Positions 1 through 9,047 of a stretch of DNA of 64,000 nt are shown here, piece by piece. The notes below the pieces were generated by a model. That model saw only the letters and a list, made by a program, of their open reading frames with translations. It did not search any database and was not told the origin of the DNA. The DNA comes from Candidatus Gottesmanbacteria bacterium. Its GTDB lineage: Bacteria > Patescibacteriota > Microgenomatia > UBA10105 > UBA927. The position numbers and the translations under genes were made by a program. Numbering within the stretch: the stretch's first letter is position 1; the number at the start of each line of letters is the position of its first letter. The stretch is from the NCBI GenBank assembly GCA_963809665.1, contig CAWEKC010000001.1, positions 222,219 through 286,218 on the forward strand, given 5' to 3'.

Positions 1-1149
1 ACCGGTGCACTATCCGTCGCAACTCCCCACGGGACCCAAGTGTTATTTGACGAGCAGGATGCTAAAGATCAGGGAAAATATCTCACTCACAGCGTGACTT
101 TCAGGAATGCCACGGCTGACACTGATTACAACATCACTATTCTTTCCAACGGCAAAAAAAACATTAATGGTACTGTTCCGTATAAAGTACGTACAGGCTC
201 ACTCCTAACAACTGCAGGCGGAAATCTGGAGCCCGCATACGGTACGATTGTGAACGATACAAACCAGCCCCTTAAAGGTGCACTCGTCTATGTCACATTG
301 GAAGGCGGACAGACACTGTCATCTGTAAGCAAGCCTTCCGGTACATGGCTCATCCCTTTGAATCTTGTGCGTACAAAAGATTTATCCGGTTACCTGCCCA
401 TCACGGACAGAATGATGGAATCCATTATTGTCAGGGTTAATGGCACGGAAACAAGCGCCGTCACCGACTCGCTCAACGATTCCCCTGTCCCTGCTATGAC
501 TCCCGGTAAAACCTATGATTTCCGGAATCTCACGGCTCAGGCACCGGGTCAGAATCTTGTACGTATTCCCTCACCACAGACCCAAAAATCCGCAGCCTCC
601 GCAGTGTTGGGGACAACGAACACGAAACCTACCAATACCGTTTCTCTGGTTATCCCGGCCCAAGGCGCGGCACTGCCGACTACACTTCCGCTCATTCAGG
701 GAACCGGTATCCCGGGCAAAACCGTATCACTGGTTATCGGCATCACCAACCCCATCGGGGATACCACAGTTGTCGGCGTTAACGGATTGTGGAGTTACAC
801 GCCGAAAAAACCGCTTCCTGCAGGAAAACAAAGCGTTACGATGACAACAAAAAATCTTCAGAACAAGCCTGTTGCCATCACACATATGTTTGAAATACTC
901 AAAAGCGGTACGCAGGTATTGGGAGACGCTACACCGTCTGCCACACTCACACCGACAACAACAGTAACTCTTACACCAACACCGACGGCAACCCCGATAG
1001 CGACAATATCCGCCATTCCCGAAGAAACACAGGAGTCTTCTCTTGCCGCACAGGAGATACCCACAAGCGGTAATGAACTTCCTACAATTATGTTATTGCT
1101 ATTGAGTGTCGGTTTAATGATTGGGGGTGGAATTGTACTCATTAAATAA
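1..1149 (+). CDS. Surface-anchored secreted protein, 5'-truncated by the window edge. It has a Thr/Pro-rich linker and a C-terminal LPTI(M)-hydrophobic-K tail
   Basis: The frame is open from nt 1. The protein carries TPTPTATP-type linker segments. Its C-terminus, NELPTIMLLLLSVGLMIGGGIVLIK, resembles a sortase-type sorting signal (LPxT motif, then a hydrophobic stretch, then a basic residue), but has no Gly after the T. Confidence 0.5.
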   Translation, partial: TGALSVATPHGTQVLFDEQDAKDQGKYLTHSVTFRNATADTDYNITILSNGKKNINGTVPYKVRTGSLLTTAGGNLEPAYGTIVNDTNQPLKGALVYVTLEGGQTLSSVSKPSGTWLIPLNLVRTKDLSGYLPITDRMMESIIVRVNGTETSAVTDSLNDSPVPAMTPGKTYDFRNLTAQAPGQNLVRIPSPQTQKSAASAVLGTTNTKPTNTVSLVIPAQGAALPTTLPLIQGTGIPGKTVSLVIGITNPIGDTTVVGVNGLWSYTPKKPLPAGKQSVTMTTKNLQNKPVAITHMFEILKSGTQVLGDATPSATLTPTTTVTLTPTPTATPIATISAIPEETQESSLAAQEIPTSGNELPTIMLLLLSVGLMIGGGIVLIK

Positions 1150-1156
1150 AAGGGTA

Positions 1157-1185
1157 TTGACTCGCAATGATATACCCTCTAATCT
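1157..1185 (+). promoter_or_regulatory. Candidate sigma70 promoter TTGACT-17-TAATCT upstream of the Cys-rich protein gene. The -35 sits in the loop between the arms of a 7-bp inverted repeat (AGGGTAT...ATACCCT, 1151-1157/1172-1178)
   Basis: Hexamers and the inverted repeat were read directly from the sequence. Confidence 0.3.
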
Positions 1186-1226
1186 GGATATAGACGTGGG
1201 GAAAACGTTGTGGGAATTATTATATT

Positions 1227-2882
1227 ATGGCTGATATTTTAGACGCCGCTCAATCAAATACGCCTGCTCCGCCAGATGTCGGACCGCCTGTGGAACCCCC
1301 GCCTTCGCCAGTTGGTGAACCTCCTGAACCGCCGAGCACTCCGTCAGAACCCGTGATTCCCCCTCCGCCTCCGGCAACAAGTACTGATTCTCTTATTATT
1401 CCCCCACCGGAAGAACCCATAACAACGACAACTACCACTACAACTACCACTCAACCCGTACCACCCCCGCCGGAAAAACCGAAAAAGAAATCGCGTCTCG
1501 GCGTCCTGATTGCGGGATTGTTGATTTTGGCAATTACGATCCCCATTCTCACCGTCTTTGTGCGGCAACAAGTCGAAATCCGGAGCCGGGCCGCATACTG
1601 CCTTGATCCTTGTGTAAATAACATTGATTGTGGAGCTGGTTATTATTGCTACAAACCGGCTCCTCCGGCCTGTCCTGTCTGTAAACCAAATCCAACCCCC
1701 ACGGGAACACAAAACTGCAATACCGGAAATTGCTACAATGACTGTGTTTGTCACGGTATACCTCCGAGCACGTGCGGACAGCAATGTGCCGGAACTCCGA
1801 CTCCAACTCCGGGCCTTCCTTTCTGTCCAAACACAGACTGCATGATTCCCTCTACCGTACCGGGCGCTATTCATTGCCAATTATCTAGCGGCGGTAACCC
1901 TACATATTGCTGCCCAACAAATAAACCGCTGTATCAAAACGGACAGTGTGTAGTACTACCACCAAACTGCAATACAGGAAATTGCTACAATGACTGTGTT
2001 TGTCACGGTATACCTCCGAGCACGTGCGGACAGCAATGTGCACCAACTCCCGCTCCAATAACTTCAACCCCCACACCTGGACCGTTCGTAAAATGCTGTC
2101 CGAAATATAATACCCCATACTCAATAAATACCTGTACCGGGGCAAGCGAAAGCGGCTGTAATATTAACATTAACTATTGTATCCCATGGAACACAAACAC
2201 ATGTCCTGCGCCGAGTCCGTCACCCGGCACAACCCCTCCCCCAGGCGGTGGTGGCGGCAATTGGGTATGTAATAATGGAACCGGTTCTCCGCCTCCTATT
2301 CCTGTTGCATGTACCAACGGCGGGACATATAACGGCAAATGTATCATTTACCACTGTCCTAACGGGTGCGGTGGCACGAAATGCGATGAAAATTCCCCCA
2401 ATGTATGGTGGGAATATAAATCCTGTAGTACGGCAGCTCTCACCGGTAATGAGTGCGGCCAGATTGACACAGTTACGGATGCCGGCAGATATTGCTCACC
2501 ACAAACCGGCTGTGATGTGAAGGCGCTCCGGTGTACTGGTTGTTCCGGCGGACCAACGCGTCCTACCACACCAACACCGCCGCCGCAGTGTATCAACATA
2601 TTAGTGTATAGATGCAGTCCTTATATCGAGTGTAGTCCTAATCCGCTCACGCCATCCGAGCTTGCCGCACTACATCCCGGTGATAAAGTTGAACTAAGAT
2701 TCACAGCGGGCGGAGGTGCTGCTACGAAAGTCCGGTTCAGAATAAATAGCACCAATGATAGCGATTGGATAGAAACATCAACGAAAAATCAAAACAGTCA
2801 GTTTGTCTTGGAATATACGCTCACCAATACACCAACCTTTACTATTGAAGCACAGTGGTTTGACGGGAGCGCATGGCATTAA
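1227..2882 (+). CDS. Cysteine-rich type II membrane protein: a Pro-rich cytoplasmic N-terminus, KKKSR, one TM helix, then an extracellular region with about 70 Cys and a duplicated NCNTGNCYNDCVCHGIPPSTCGQQCA module
   Basis: The TM segment is LGVLIAGLLILAITIPILTVFV, preceded by basic residues (positive-inside rule). The ectodomain is rich in Cys/Gly/Pro/Thr. I recognise no enzymatic motif. Confidence 0.55.
   Translation: MADILDAAQSNTPAPPDVGPPVEPPPSPVGEPPEPPSTPSEPVIPPPPPATSTDSLIIPPPEEPITTTTTTTTTTQPVPPPPEKPKKKSRLGVLIAGLLILAITIPILTVFVRQQVEIRSRAAYCLDPCVNNIDCGAGYYCYKPAPPACPVCKPNPTPTGTQNCNTGNCYNDCVCHGIPPSTCGQQCAGTPTPTPGLPFCPNTDCMIPSTVPGAIHCQLSSGGNPTYCCPTNKPLYQNGQCVVLPPNCNTGNCYNDCVCHGIPPSTCGQQCAPTPAPITSTPTPGPFVKCCPKYNTPYSINTCTGASESGCNININYCIPWNTNTCPAPSPSPGTTPPPGGGGGNWVCNNGTGSPPPIPVACTNGGTYNGKCIIYHCPNGCGGTKCDENSPNVWWEYKSCSTAALTGNECGQIDTVTDAGRYCSPQTGCDVKALRCTGCSGGPTRPTTPTPPPQCINILVYRCSPYIECSPNPLTPSELAALHPGDKVELRFTAGGGAATKVRFRINSTNDSDWIETSTKNQNSQFVLEYTLTNTPTFTIEAQWFDGSAWH
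1713..1789 (+). repeat. 77-nt direct repeat, copy 1. Copy 2 is at 1965-2041 (76/77 identical), inside the same CDS
   Basis: Found by direct string comparison. Each copy encodes the same Cys-rich module. Confidence 0.8.
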
Positions 2883-2883
2883 T

Positions 2884-3681
2884 ATGAATTACTTGAAAAA
2901 ACACTGGTATCTGTTCATCATAGTCCTTCTCACCATCGGGCTGGCGGTGCTTGTCCTTTTAACCAGCGGAAGGCTCTCACAAACTAAACAGGTCGCCCCG
3001 ACAGTACCCCAAGAGCAGCCTCAGGCGGCAAATTCAGCGTGTACATTAACATTTCATATAACGCTCACAACCGGAACACCCACGCCGACGCCGACAGGAA
3101 CGCTCATTCCTACACGGACTCCTACGCCAACAGCAACGCCGACACTTACGCCGACGCCGACAGCAACTCCGACACCGAATCCTACGGCTACACCGAATCC
3201 TACGGCTACACCGAATCCTACGGCTACGCCGACACCCACGGCAACACCCACACCCAATCCTACGGCTACGCCGACGCCCACGCCAACGCCGCAACAACAG
3301 GTCGGCTGCAACAATACCTGCACGGTCAATACTGACTGCCAATCGGGATTAATTTGTATCAATAATACCTGCAGGAACTCCAGCTGTACGGACGATGCCA
3401 CGTGTCAATGTCAGATCGCGGCTAACCCGACACCGACGCCTATCCCCCCGGTAGGGTGTAACAATACCTGCACGCTGAATACCGATTGTACCGGCGGACT
3501 TGTATGTGTCGGGGGCATGTGCCTTAACGCATCCTGCACATCTCAAACTGATTGTGTCTGTCCTGTGGCGGCTGCCCAACCTACACCGGAGATTCCTGTG
3601 TCGGGCTCTGGTTTCTCGATCTGGGGTGCTTCGATTATCGGTGCCGGACTCCTTATCCTTCTTCTGGGGCTTGCTCTCTAA
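2884..3681 (+). CDS. Surface protein with an N-terminal signal anchor, a (T/P/N/A)-repeat linker, two small Cys-rich domains and a C-terminal hydrophobic tail
   Basis: The ATG at 2884 follows the upstream stop by 1 nt, and [26 protein letters not shown] is a signal anchor. The Cys-rich domains are [28 protein letters not shown] and [28 protein letters not shown]. The C-terminus is [21 protein letters not shown]. Confidence 0.5.
   Translation: MNYLKKHWYLFIIVLLTIGLAVLVLLTSGRLSQTKQVAPTVPQEQPQAANSACTLTFHITLTTGTPTPTPTGTLIPTRTPTPTATPTLTPTPTATPTPNPTATPNPTATPNPTATPTPTATPTPNPTATPTPTPTPQQQVGCNNTCTVNTDCQSGLICINNTCRNSSCTDDATCQCQIAANPTPTPIPPVGCNNTCTLNTDCTGGLVCVGGMCLNASCTSQTDCVCPVAAAQPTPEIPVSGSGFSIWGASIIGAGLLILLLGLAL
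3175..3228 (+). repeat. Three tandem copies of an 18-nt unit (ccgaatcctacggctaca) encoding PNPTAT, within the TP-linker of the 2884-3681 CDS
   Basis: Read directly from the sequence. The third copy ends in g instead of a. Confidence 0.8.
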
Positions 3682-4622
3682 AGCTGGTTCTTAATATATA
3701 GGTGCACATCTCCCCAACTTGTCGTGGGGACTAACACATAGAGATTGTTATATAGATATGCCGGAGGATTCTCCAGCAACTGATCAAAAGATATTTTTTT
3801 AATCTGGTCCTGATTCACAGATGCAAAGCGCCTACCGACCGTAAGTACCCGGGCAAAAGTCATATCCATATCGGTCGCATCATCAAGAAGTTTCGGTAAT
3901 GCCTGCAGGCGTGACAATGTTATCCATTGTAACGGGTGCGTAAACCGATCCTTCAGTGCGACCATGATAATCTGCTGACGTCGGCCGCGTGCAAAATCAC
4001 TCCCCTGGTCCCCTTCCGCGTGGCGGCTTCGTGCGTAAATAAGCGCACGTGCGCCGTCCATATGCTGGATCCCTGCATCAAAATGAACGGTTTCGTAGAC
4101 ACAGGCGTTGGTCGGATCATCCGGACATGTTGCCTGTTCCATGCCGGGTTTCGGGTATTTGGTATCCGTAAACGCCTCAGGCACATTCACATCAATGCCG
4201 CCGACCGCGTCTATTACTTTGGTAAAACCGGAAAAATCTATAACCACTGCATAATGAATAGGCATCCCGATAACATCCTCCATAATGACTTTCGATAACA
4301 ATAAACCCCCGTCTTTTTGTTTTAATTCTCCGTAATGATACGCAGTGTTTACTTTATCCTTAAGCGTATCGCTCCAGATATCGCGCGGAATTGAAATAAG
4401 CGCAACCGCTTTTTTCGCCGGATCAAGAGACAGCACCATAATCGTATCGGTTAAATCAGCCCCCTCGTGCGCCCCCCCGCCTACCCCCAGAATGAGGATG
4501 TTTGTGCGGCCGCCGGAAGAATCAAGTGTGGATTCACGGATGAACCGGGAGGTCCAAATAACCGCTTTCGCAAATAAAAAAAGAACAAGGACAAATAGAG
4601 CGAGTGCTATAATTTTTTTCAT
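3678..4622 (-). CDS. LytR-CpsA-Psr (LCP) family cell-envelope phosphotransferase
   Basis: N-terminal TM helix. The LCP core TNILILGVGGGAHEGADLTDTIMVLSLD, then RDIW...TAYHYG, are hallmark LCP motifs. Confidence 0.8.
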   Translation of the reverse strand: MKKIIALALFVLVLFLFAKAVIWTSRFIRESTLDSSGGRTNILILGVGGGAHEGADLTDTIMVLSLDPAKKAVALISIPRDIWSDTLKDKVNTAYHYGELKQKDGGLLLSKVIMEDVIGMPIHYAVVIDFSGFTKVIDAVGGIDVNVPEAFTDTKYPKPGMEQATCPDDPTNACVYETVHFDAGIQHMDGARALIYARSRHAEGDQGSDFARGRRQQIIMVALKDRFTHPLQWITLSRLQALPKLLDDATDMDMTFARVLTVGRRFASVNQDQIKKISFDQLLENPPAYLYNNLYVLVPTTSWGDVHLYIKNQL

Positions 4623-5263
4623 CTGGCGTTAGTTATGAGTGCAGCAAATATTATAGGGTCCAGACTCGCTCCACCGGGAAGAACCCCGTCTATGGACGGC
4701 TGACGTACAAAAGAAGCGATATTATCAGCCGTGACGCTTCCTCCGTAAATTACCCGTGTTCCTTGAGATTTTGCTTTGATGCTGGCGATAACCGTATTGG
4801 CATTTTCAGGAGTATCAGATTTTCCGGTGCCTATTGCCCATACCGGTTCATATGCGACCACATCGACACCATTCGGGACAACGGTATGATCGTCGGGTAC
4901 ACAATAGATGATTTTTAATCCCGCGCTTTTTGCCTGTTCAGTCTTTTTGGAAAGCATCTCATCGGTCTCTCCGAAATTTTTCCGGCGCTCCGAGTGGCCG
5001 ATAATCACCCATTCGGCAAATTCTTTTATCTGACGGGCATTTACTTCGCCGGTATACGCACCGTCCCCGAATGCCGAGATGTCCTGAGCTCCGAGTGATA
5101 TGGGTAATTTTTTCGCCGCAAGTAAACCCAGGAGAGTGAACGGAACGCAAAGAATCACGGATATGTCGGTGTCCCATGTAGCATGGAATGACACTGTCCA
5201 GTCTTCTGCCTCCTTACCCGTCTTATTGCTCTTCCAGTTCCCAACAATGATTAGTGATTTCAT
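4619..5263 (-). CDS. tpiA: Triosephosphate isomerase
   Basis: Contains IVGNWKSN (catalytic Lys), IGHSERR (catalytic His) and AYEPVWAIGTG (catalytic Glu). It is compact at 214 aa. Confidence 0.85.
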   Translation of the reverse strand: MKSLIIVGNWKSNKTGKEAEDWTVSFHATWDTDISVILCVPFTLLGLLAAKKLPISLGAQDISAFGDGAYTGEVNARQIKEFAEWVIIGHSERRKNFGETDEMLSKKTEQAKSAGLKIIYCVPDDHTVVPNGVDVVAYEPVWAIGTGKSDTPENANTVIASIKAKSQGTRVIYGGSVTADNIASFVRQPSIDGVLPGGASLDPIIFAALITNAR

Positions 5264-5281
5264 ATGGTACTATTATATGTT

Positions 5282-7126
5282 ATGAGTGATGTCCTCCTCA
5301 ATGATTTAAACCGCGACCAACAGGAAGCCGTCAAACATATTGACGGACCTGTACTTATCCTTGCCGGTGCCGGTTCGGGTAAAACCCGCGTTCTCACCTA
5401 CCGGGCTGCATATCTTATCAGCGAAAAACACATATCCCCCCACAATATCCTCATGCTCACCTTTACCAATAAAGCAGCTAACGAGATGAAGGAACGTATA
5501 CGTAAACTCCTTTCGACACATGACCTCCCTTTTGCCGGAACGTTTCATGCTCTCGCCGTCAGAATACTGCGCATTGACGGCAAACACATCGGCATCCCCG
5601 ATGATTTCGTCATATATGACGAGCAGGATCAACTGGATGCGGTTAAAGACATCATGAAACGTCTTGATATTTCTTCAAAAAATTTTAGCCCCGGGGCAGT
5701 ACTGCACACCATCTCCGAAGCAAAAAATGAACTTATCTCGCATACGGAATATCCGCAGTATGCTCGGGGATATTTCCAGGAAACGGTCGCCACTGTCTAT
5801 ATCGAATACCAAAAGCTGCTTGCACAAAACCATGCACTCGATTTTGACGATTTACTTTCCAAAACCGTCGACCTGTTGGTAAAACACTCTGATATAGCAG
5901 CTAAATACCAGGAAAAATACCGGTATGTCCTTATTGACGAATATCAGGACACTAATAAAGCGCAATATGCCATGAGCAGACTCCTCTCAGCCAGATACAG
6001 GAATATCTCCGTTGTGGGCGACGCATCGCAAAGCATATACCGCTGGAGAGGCGCGGACTTCAGAAATATCGTCAATTTTAAACATGATTTTCACGGTGTT
6101 GCCGAATTTCACCTCGAGCAAAACTACCGTTCCACGCAAACCATACTGGATGCCGCCTTCGGTGTGATATCCAAAAATACCTCACATCCGATACTCAAAC
6201 TCTGGACAAATAAACACAGGGGAGAAAAAATTACACTCTACGAAGCGCGGACGGAACACGATGAGGCTGCCTTTTTGGTGCAGACAATACTGCAGGCAAA
6301 CCGTTCATTCAAGGATTTTGCGGTCCTTTACCGCACCAACGCCCAGTCGAGAGTGCTGGAAGAGGCGTTTTTACATGCCGGCATCCCGTATGTACTGGTC
6401 GGCGGCACTCGCTTTTATGAACGGAAGGAAATCAAGGATGTACTTGCATACCTCCGTTTAATTGCCAATCCGAAAGATACGGTTTCTTATCATAGAATAG
6501 AAAAATTGGGAAAAGGCCGCCTGGAAAAATTTCTCACGTTTGCCGGAAATGTTGATAAAGATACTAAACTCGTTTCCCTCACAACGCTGGAGCTTCTGGA
6601 TCAGGTTATTGAAGCCACACGATATCTTGAGCTCTATGATGCCAACATCGAAGAAGAGGCCTACCGGTTGGAAAACATTAAAGAACTGCGCTCCGTTGCA
6701 ACGGAATTTCCCAATTTAACGGAATTTCTGGAAACAGTCGCGCTCGTCGAGCAGGAATACGAACCCGAGACACTCAGGAAACGCGAGGCTAACCGGGATT
6801 CTGTAACACTTATGACGCTGCATGCGGCTAAGGGGTTGGAATTCCCGGTAGTATTTATGATAGGCATGGAAGAAGGCCTCTTCCCTCATTCCCGGAGCCT
6901 GATGGACAAGGATGAAATCGAGGAGGAGCGGCGGCTCTGCTATGTGGGCATTACCCGGGCAAAAGAAAAATTATATTTAACATTTGCAAACCGGAGGTTA
7001 TTTTTCGGCACCCGGACCCAAAACATGATTTCAAGGTTTATTGCTGACTTACCACAGGACGTATTGGACTACAACGTATCGCTTAACAGCAGCCGGGGGT
7101 TCAATGAGGATGATATGCTTCTATAA
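5282..7126 (+). CDS. UvrD/PcrA-family ATP-dependent DNA helicase
   Basis: LNRDQQEAVKHIDGPVLILAGAGSGKTRVLTYR (Q-motif and Walker A), DEYQDTN, and VTLMTLHAAKGLEFPVVF. The ORF tracker starts at 5264, but the PcrA-like N-terminus MSDVLLNDLNRDQQ begins at 5282 and is preceded by a TATTAT -10 at 5271-5276. Confidence 0.85.
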   Translation: MSDVLLNDLNRDQQEAVKHIDGPVLILAGAGSGKTRVLTYRAAYLISEKHISPHNILMLTFTNKAANEMKERIRKLLSTHDLPFAGTFHALAVRILRIDGKHIGIPDDFVIYDEQDQLDAVKDIMKRLDISSKNFSPGAVLHTISEAKNELISHTEYPQYARGYFQETVATVYIEYQKLLAQNHALDFDDLLSKTVDLLVKHSDIAAKYQEKYRYVLIDEYQDTNKAQYAMSRLLSARYRNISVVGDASQSIYRWRGADFRNIVNFKHDFHGVAEFHLEQNYRSTQTILDAAFGVISKNTSHPILKLWTNKHRGEKITLYEARTEHDEAAFLVQTILQANRSFKDFAVLYRTNAQSRVLEEAFLHAGIPYVLVGGTRFYERKEIKDVLAYLRLIANPKDTVSYHRIEKLGKGRLEKFLTFAGNVDKDTKLVSLTTLELLDQVIEATRYLELYDANIEEEAYRLENIKELRSVATEFPNLTEFLETVALVEQEYEPETLRKREANRDSVTLMTLHAAKGLEFPVVFMIGMEEGLFPHSRSLMDKDEIEEERRLCYVGITRAKEKLYLTFANRRLFFGTRTQNMISRFIADLPQDVLDYNVSLNSSRGFNEDDMLL

Positions 7127-7304
7127 TACCGTCAGAAGAATTATAGAGAGAGTTCCGAATACTATTAACACAGCAAAAATCATTTCTATAGTTAAAAATA
7201 TTCTTGCCACGCCCTGAACACGGCCGAATGCAAAAAATGCGCCGAATAGCCTGCTGTCTACCGGCATCCACGGAATCGGTTTCTGCCTTTTACGTGCCAT
7301 TAAT

Positions 7305-7312
7305 TGTATAAT
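7305..7312 (+). promoter_or_regulatory. Extended -10 element TGTATAAT, 6 nt upstream of the FemAB-like gene ATG (leaderless-type transcript)
   Basis: tgTATAAT at 7305-7312 and ATG at 7319. No convincing -35. Confidence 0.4.
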
Positions 7313-7318
7313 ACCACT

Positions 7319-8218
7319 ATGATTATGCATCCGCTACAAACTCCTGCGTGGGGCGAATTCCGCAAGGCCATGGGCATTGATGTCGTACGGGTCAATGGTT
7401 GGCAATTGACCTTCCATACTATCCCGCATACTCCCTGGACCGTCGGCTATTTCCCTAAAGGCCCGGTACCCACCAAAAAAATGATTGATGAGCTGCGTGT
7501 CCTTGGAAAACAAAAGAATGCTATATTTATACAACTGGAACCGGATACGACGTCAAAAATAAACTTACAGCCTTCCCATCACCCTTTATTTACTAAATAT
7601 ACGTTTATATTAGATTTAACAAAATCTGAAGATGAATTATTGGCAGCGATGCATCCAAAAACCCGGTATAACATAAAAATCGCACAAAAACATGATGTTA
7701 AAATTGCGGAAGACAATTCGCCCGCAGCGTTCAAAGCATATCTCAGGCTCACGGAAGAAACCACTTCGCGCCAGGGTTTTTATGCGCATAATATGAACTA
7801 CCACAAAACCATGTGGGATATCATGCATAAGGCCGGCATTGCACACCTTTTTACGGCAACGTACGAAGGCGAAGTACTATCTGCCTGGATTATGTTTGTA
7901 TGGGGTGACACGGTGTATTATCCGTACGGATCCTCCAGCCGCGATCACCGCGAGGTCATGGCTCCGACCCTCCTCCTTTGGGAAATTGCCAAGTGGGCCA
8001 AACAAAAAGGGTTGAAATATTTTGATCTGTGGGGAGCCATGGGTCCGAATCCTGACACCCATGACCCGTGGTACGGGTTCCATCGGTTCAAACAGGGGTT
8101 CAATCCGCGGTTAATCGAATTTTCCGGGTCATTCGACCTTGTCATCAAACCATTTCTATATTCCTGCTATACACTCGCAGACACCCTGCGGTGGAAATTC
8201 CTGAAACTCATACACTGA
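7319..8218 (+). CDS. FemAB-family aminoacyltransferase (peptidoglycan interpeptide-bridge formation), paralogue 1
   Basis: FemX-like length and composition. The C-terminal FHRFKQGFNP motif is shared with the next gene. I assign it from remembered FemAB/FemX profiles and could not test it. Confidence 0.55.
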   Translation: MIMHPLQTPAWGEFRKAMGIDVVRVNGWQLTFHTIPHTPWTVGYFPKGPVPTKKMIDELRVLGKQKNAIFIQLEPDTTSKINLQPSHHPLFTKYTFILDLTKSEDELLAAMHPKTRYNIKIAQKHDVKIAEDNSPAAFKAYLRLTEETTSRQGFYAHNMNYHKTMWDIMHKAGIAHLFTATYEGEVLSAWIMFVWGDTVYYPYGSSSRDHREVMAPTLLLWEIAKWAKQKGLKYFDLWGAMGPNPDTHDPWYGFHRFKQGFNPRLIEFSGSFDLVIKPFLYSCYTLADTLRWKFLKLIH

Positions 8219-8222
8219 TCTC

Positions 8223-9047
8223 ATGGAACTTCAGCAATCACCGCTCTACTCAAAATATATACAACTTCTTGGCTGGAAAATTATCCGTATAGAAAATACA
8301 CGGATGTTTTACAAACATATCCCCCTTGCCGGGGGCTTACTTAAAATCCAACGGCCGAGGCCGTTGCCGCCGCTTACCGGCCTCGCCCCGATTCTGAAAG
8401 AATACCGCATACGGATGATCGCAATCGAACCGCATCCTAAAGAAAGTATTGCTGCCTATAAACGCTGGTGCGCGGGTCTTGCTAAATATTGCAAAGTGGT
8501 CCGTTCATCCTACCAGCCGACTAAAACACTGTATATCGACGTGACATCTCCGGAGGACAAAATCTTTTCCCGGTTTACCGAAGCAAAACGGAGAGCGGTA
8601 CGGAAGGCCGTAAAAAACGGCGTCACTGTGGAAGAATCAGATGATATTCAAAACCTCATCAAAATCAAAAATAAATCTTCCGGGGCGTTCGGGTTTATCA
8701 CTACGTTCGGCATTGACCGCTTCTGGCTCATTATGACACCTGAACACGCGACTGTATTACTGGCCTACACCGATACGCGTAAACTTATCGGCGGAATATT
8801 GCTTATTTTTTGGGAAAAAACCGCATATTACTGGATTGCAGGAGCCACGAAAAACGGAAAAAAACTTTTTACCCCGACACTTCTCGTATGGGAAGCATTA
8901 CGGATTGCAAAGAAACACGGTATGAAACAATTAGATTTTGTCGGCGTGTGGGACGAACGGAAGCCCAACGAACACCATGATTGGTTGGGGTTTACCAAAT
9001 TTAAGGAAGGGTTCGGAGGGGTACCGTTTTATTATCCCCTGTTTTAA
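8223..9047 (+). CDS. FemAB-family aminoacyltransferase, paralogue 2
   Basis: Tandem paralogue of 7319-8218 (FTKFKEGFGGVP matches FHRFKQGFNP; both share the WGAMGPNPDTHDPWYGF / GVWDERKPNEHHDWLGF motif). Confidence 0.55.
   Translation: MELQQSPLYSKYIQLLGWKIIRIENTRMFYKHIPLAGGLLKIQRPRPLPPLTGLAPILKEYRIRMIAIEPHPKESIAAYKRWCAGLAKYCKVVRSSYQPTKTLYIDVTSPEDKIFSRFTEAKRRAVRKAVKNGVTVEESDDIQNLIKIKNKSSGAFGFITTFGIDRFWLIMTPEHATVLLAYTDTRKLIGGILLIFWEKTAYYWIAGATKNGKKLFTPTLLVWEALRIAKKHGMKQLDFVGVWDERKPNEHHDWLGFTKFKEGFGGVPFYYPLF

Noticed and set aside
515-2599. Multiple internal ORFs (515-844, 858-1142, 1344-1880, 2248-2520 and others) overlapping the surface protein genes
   Set aside because: They are alternative-frame or antisense ORFs within long, repeat-rich CDSs. 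Their compositions (Arg/Cys-rich, poly-Val) are typical of off-frame translation.
3054-3401. Antisense ORFs full of GVGVGV or RRSRR repeats (3046-3342 and 3054-3401, minus strand)
   Set aside because: They are mirror images of the TP-repeat coding DNA of the 2884-3681 gene. They are low-complexity translations with no independent start context.
3709-3735. Hairpin CCCCA-acttgtcg-TGGGG just after the stop of the 2884-3681 gene
   Set aside because: It lies inside the C-terminal coding region of the convergent LCP gene and has no U-tract. It is probably coincidental.
7121-7330. 69-aa minus-strand ORF in the 192-nt gap between the UvrD-like gene and the femX-like gene
   Set aside because: It would overlap the femX promoter and both flanking genes and has no RBS or promoter of its own. 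Its hydrophobic composition is likely fortuitous. A small membrane protein cannot be excluded.
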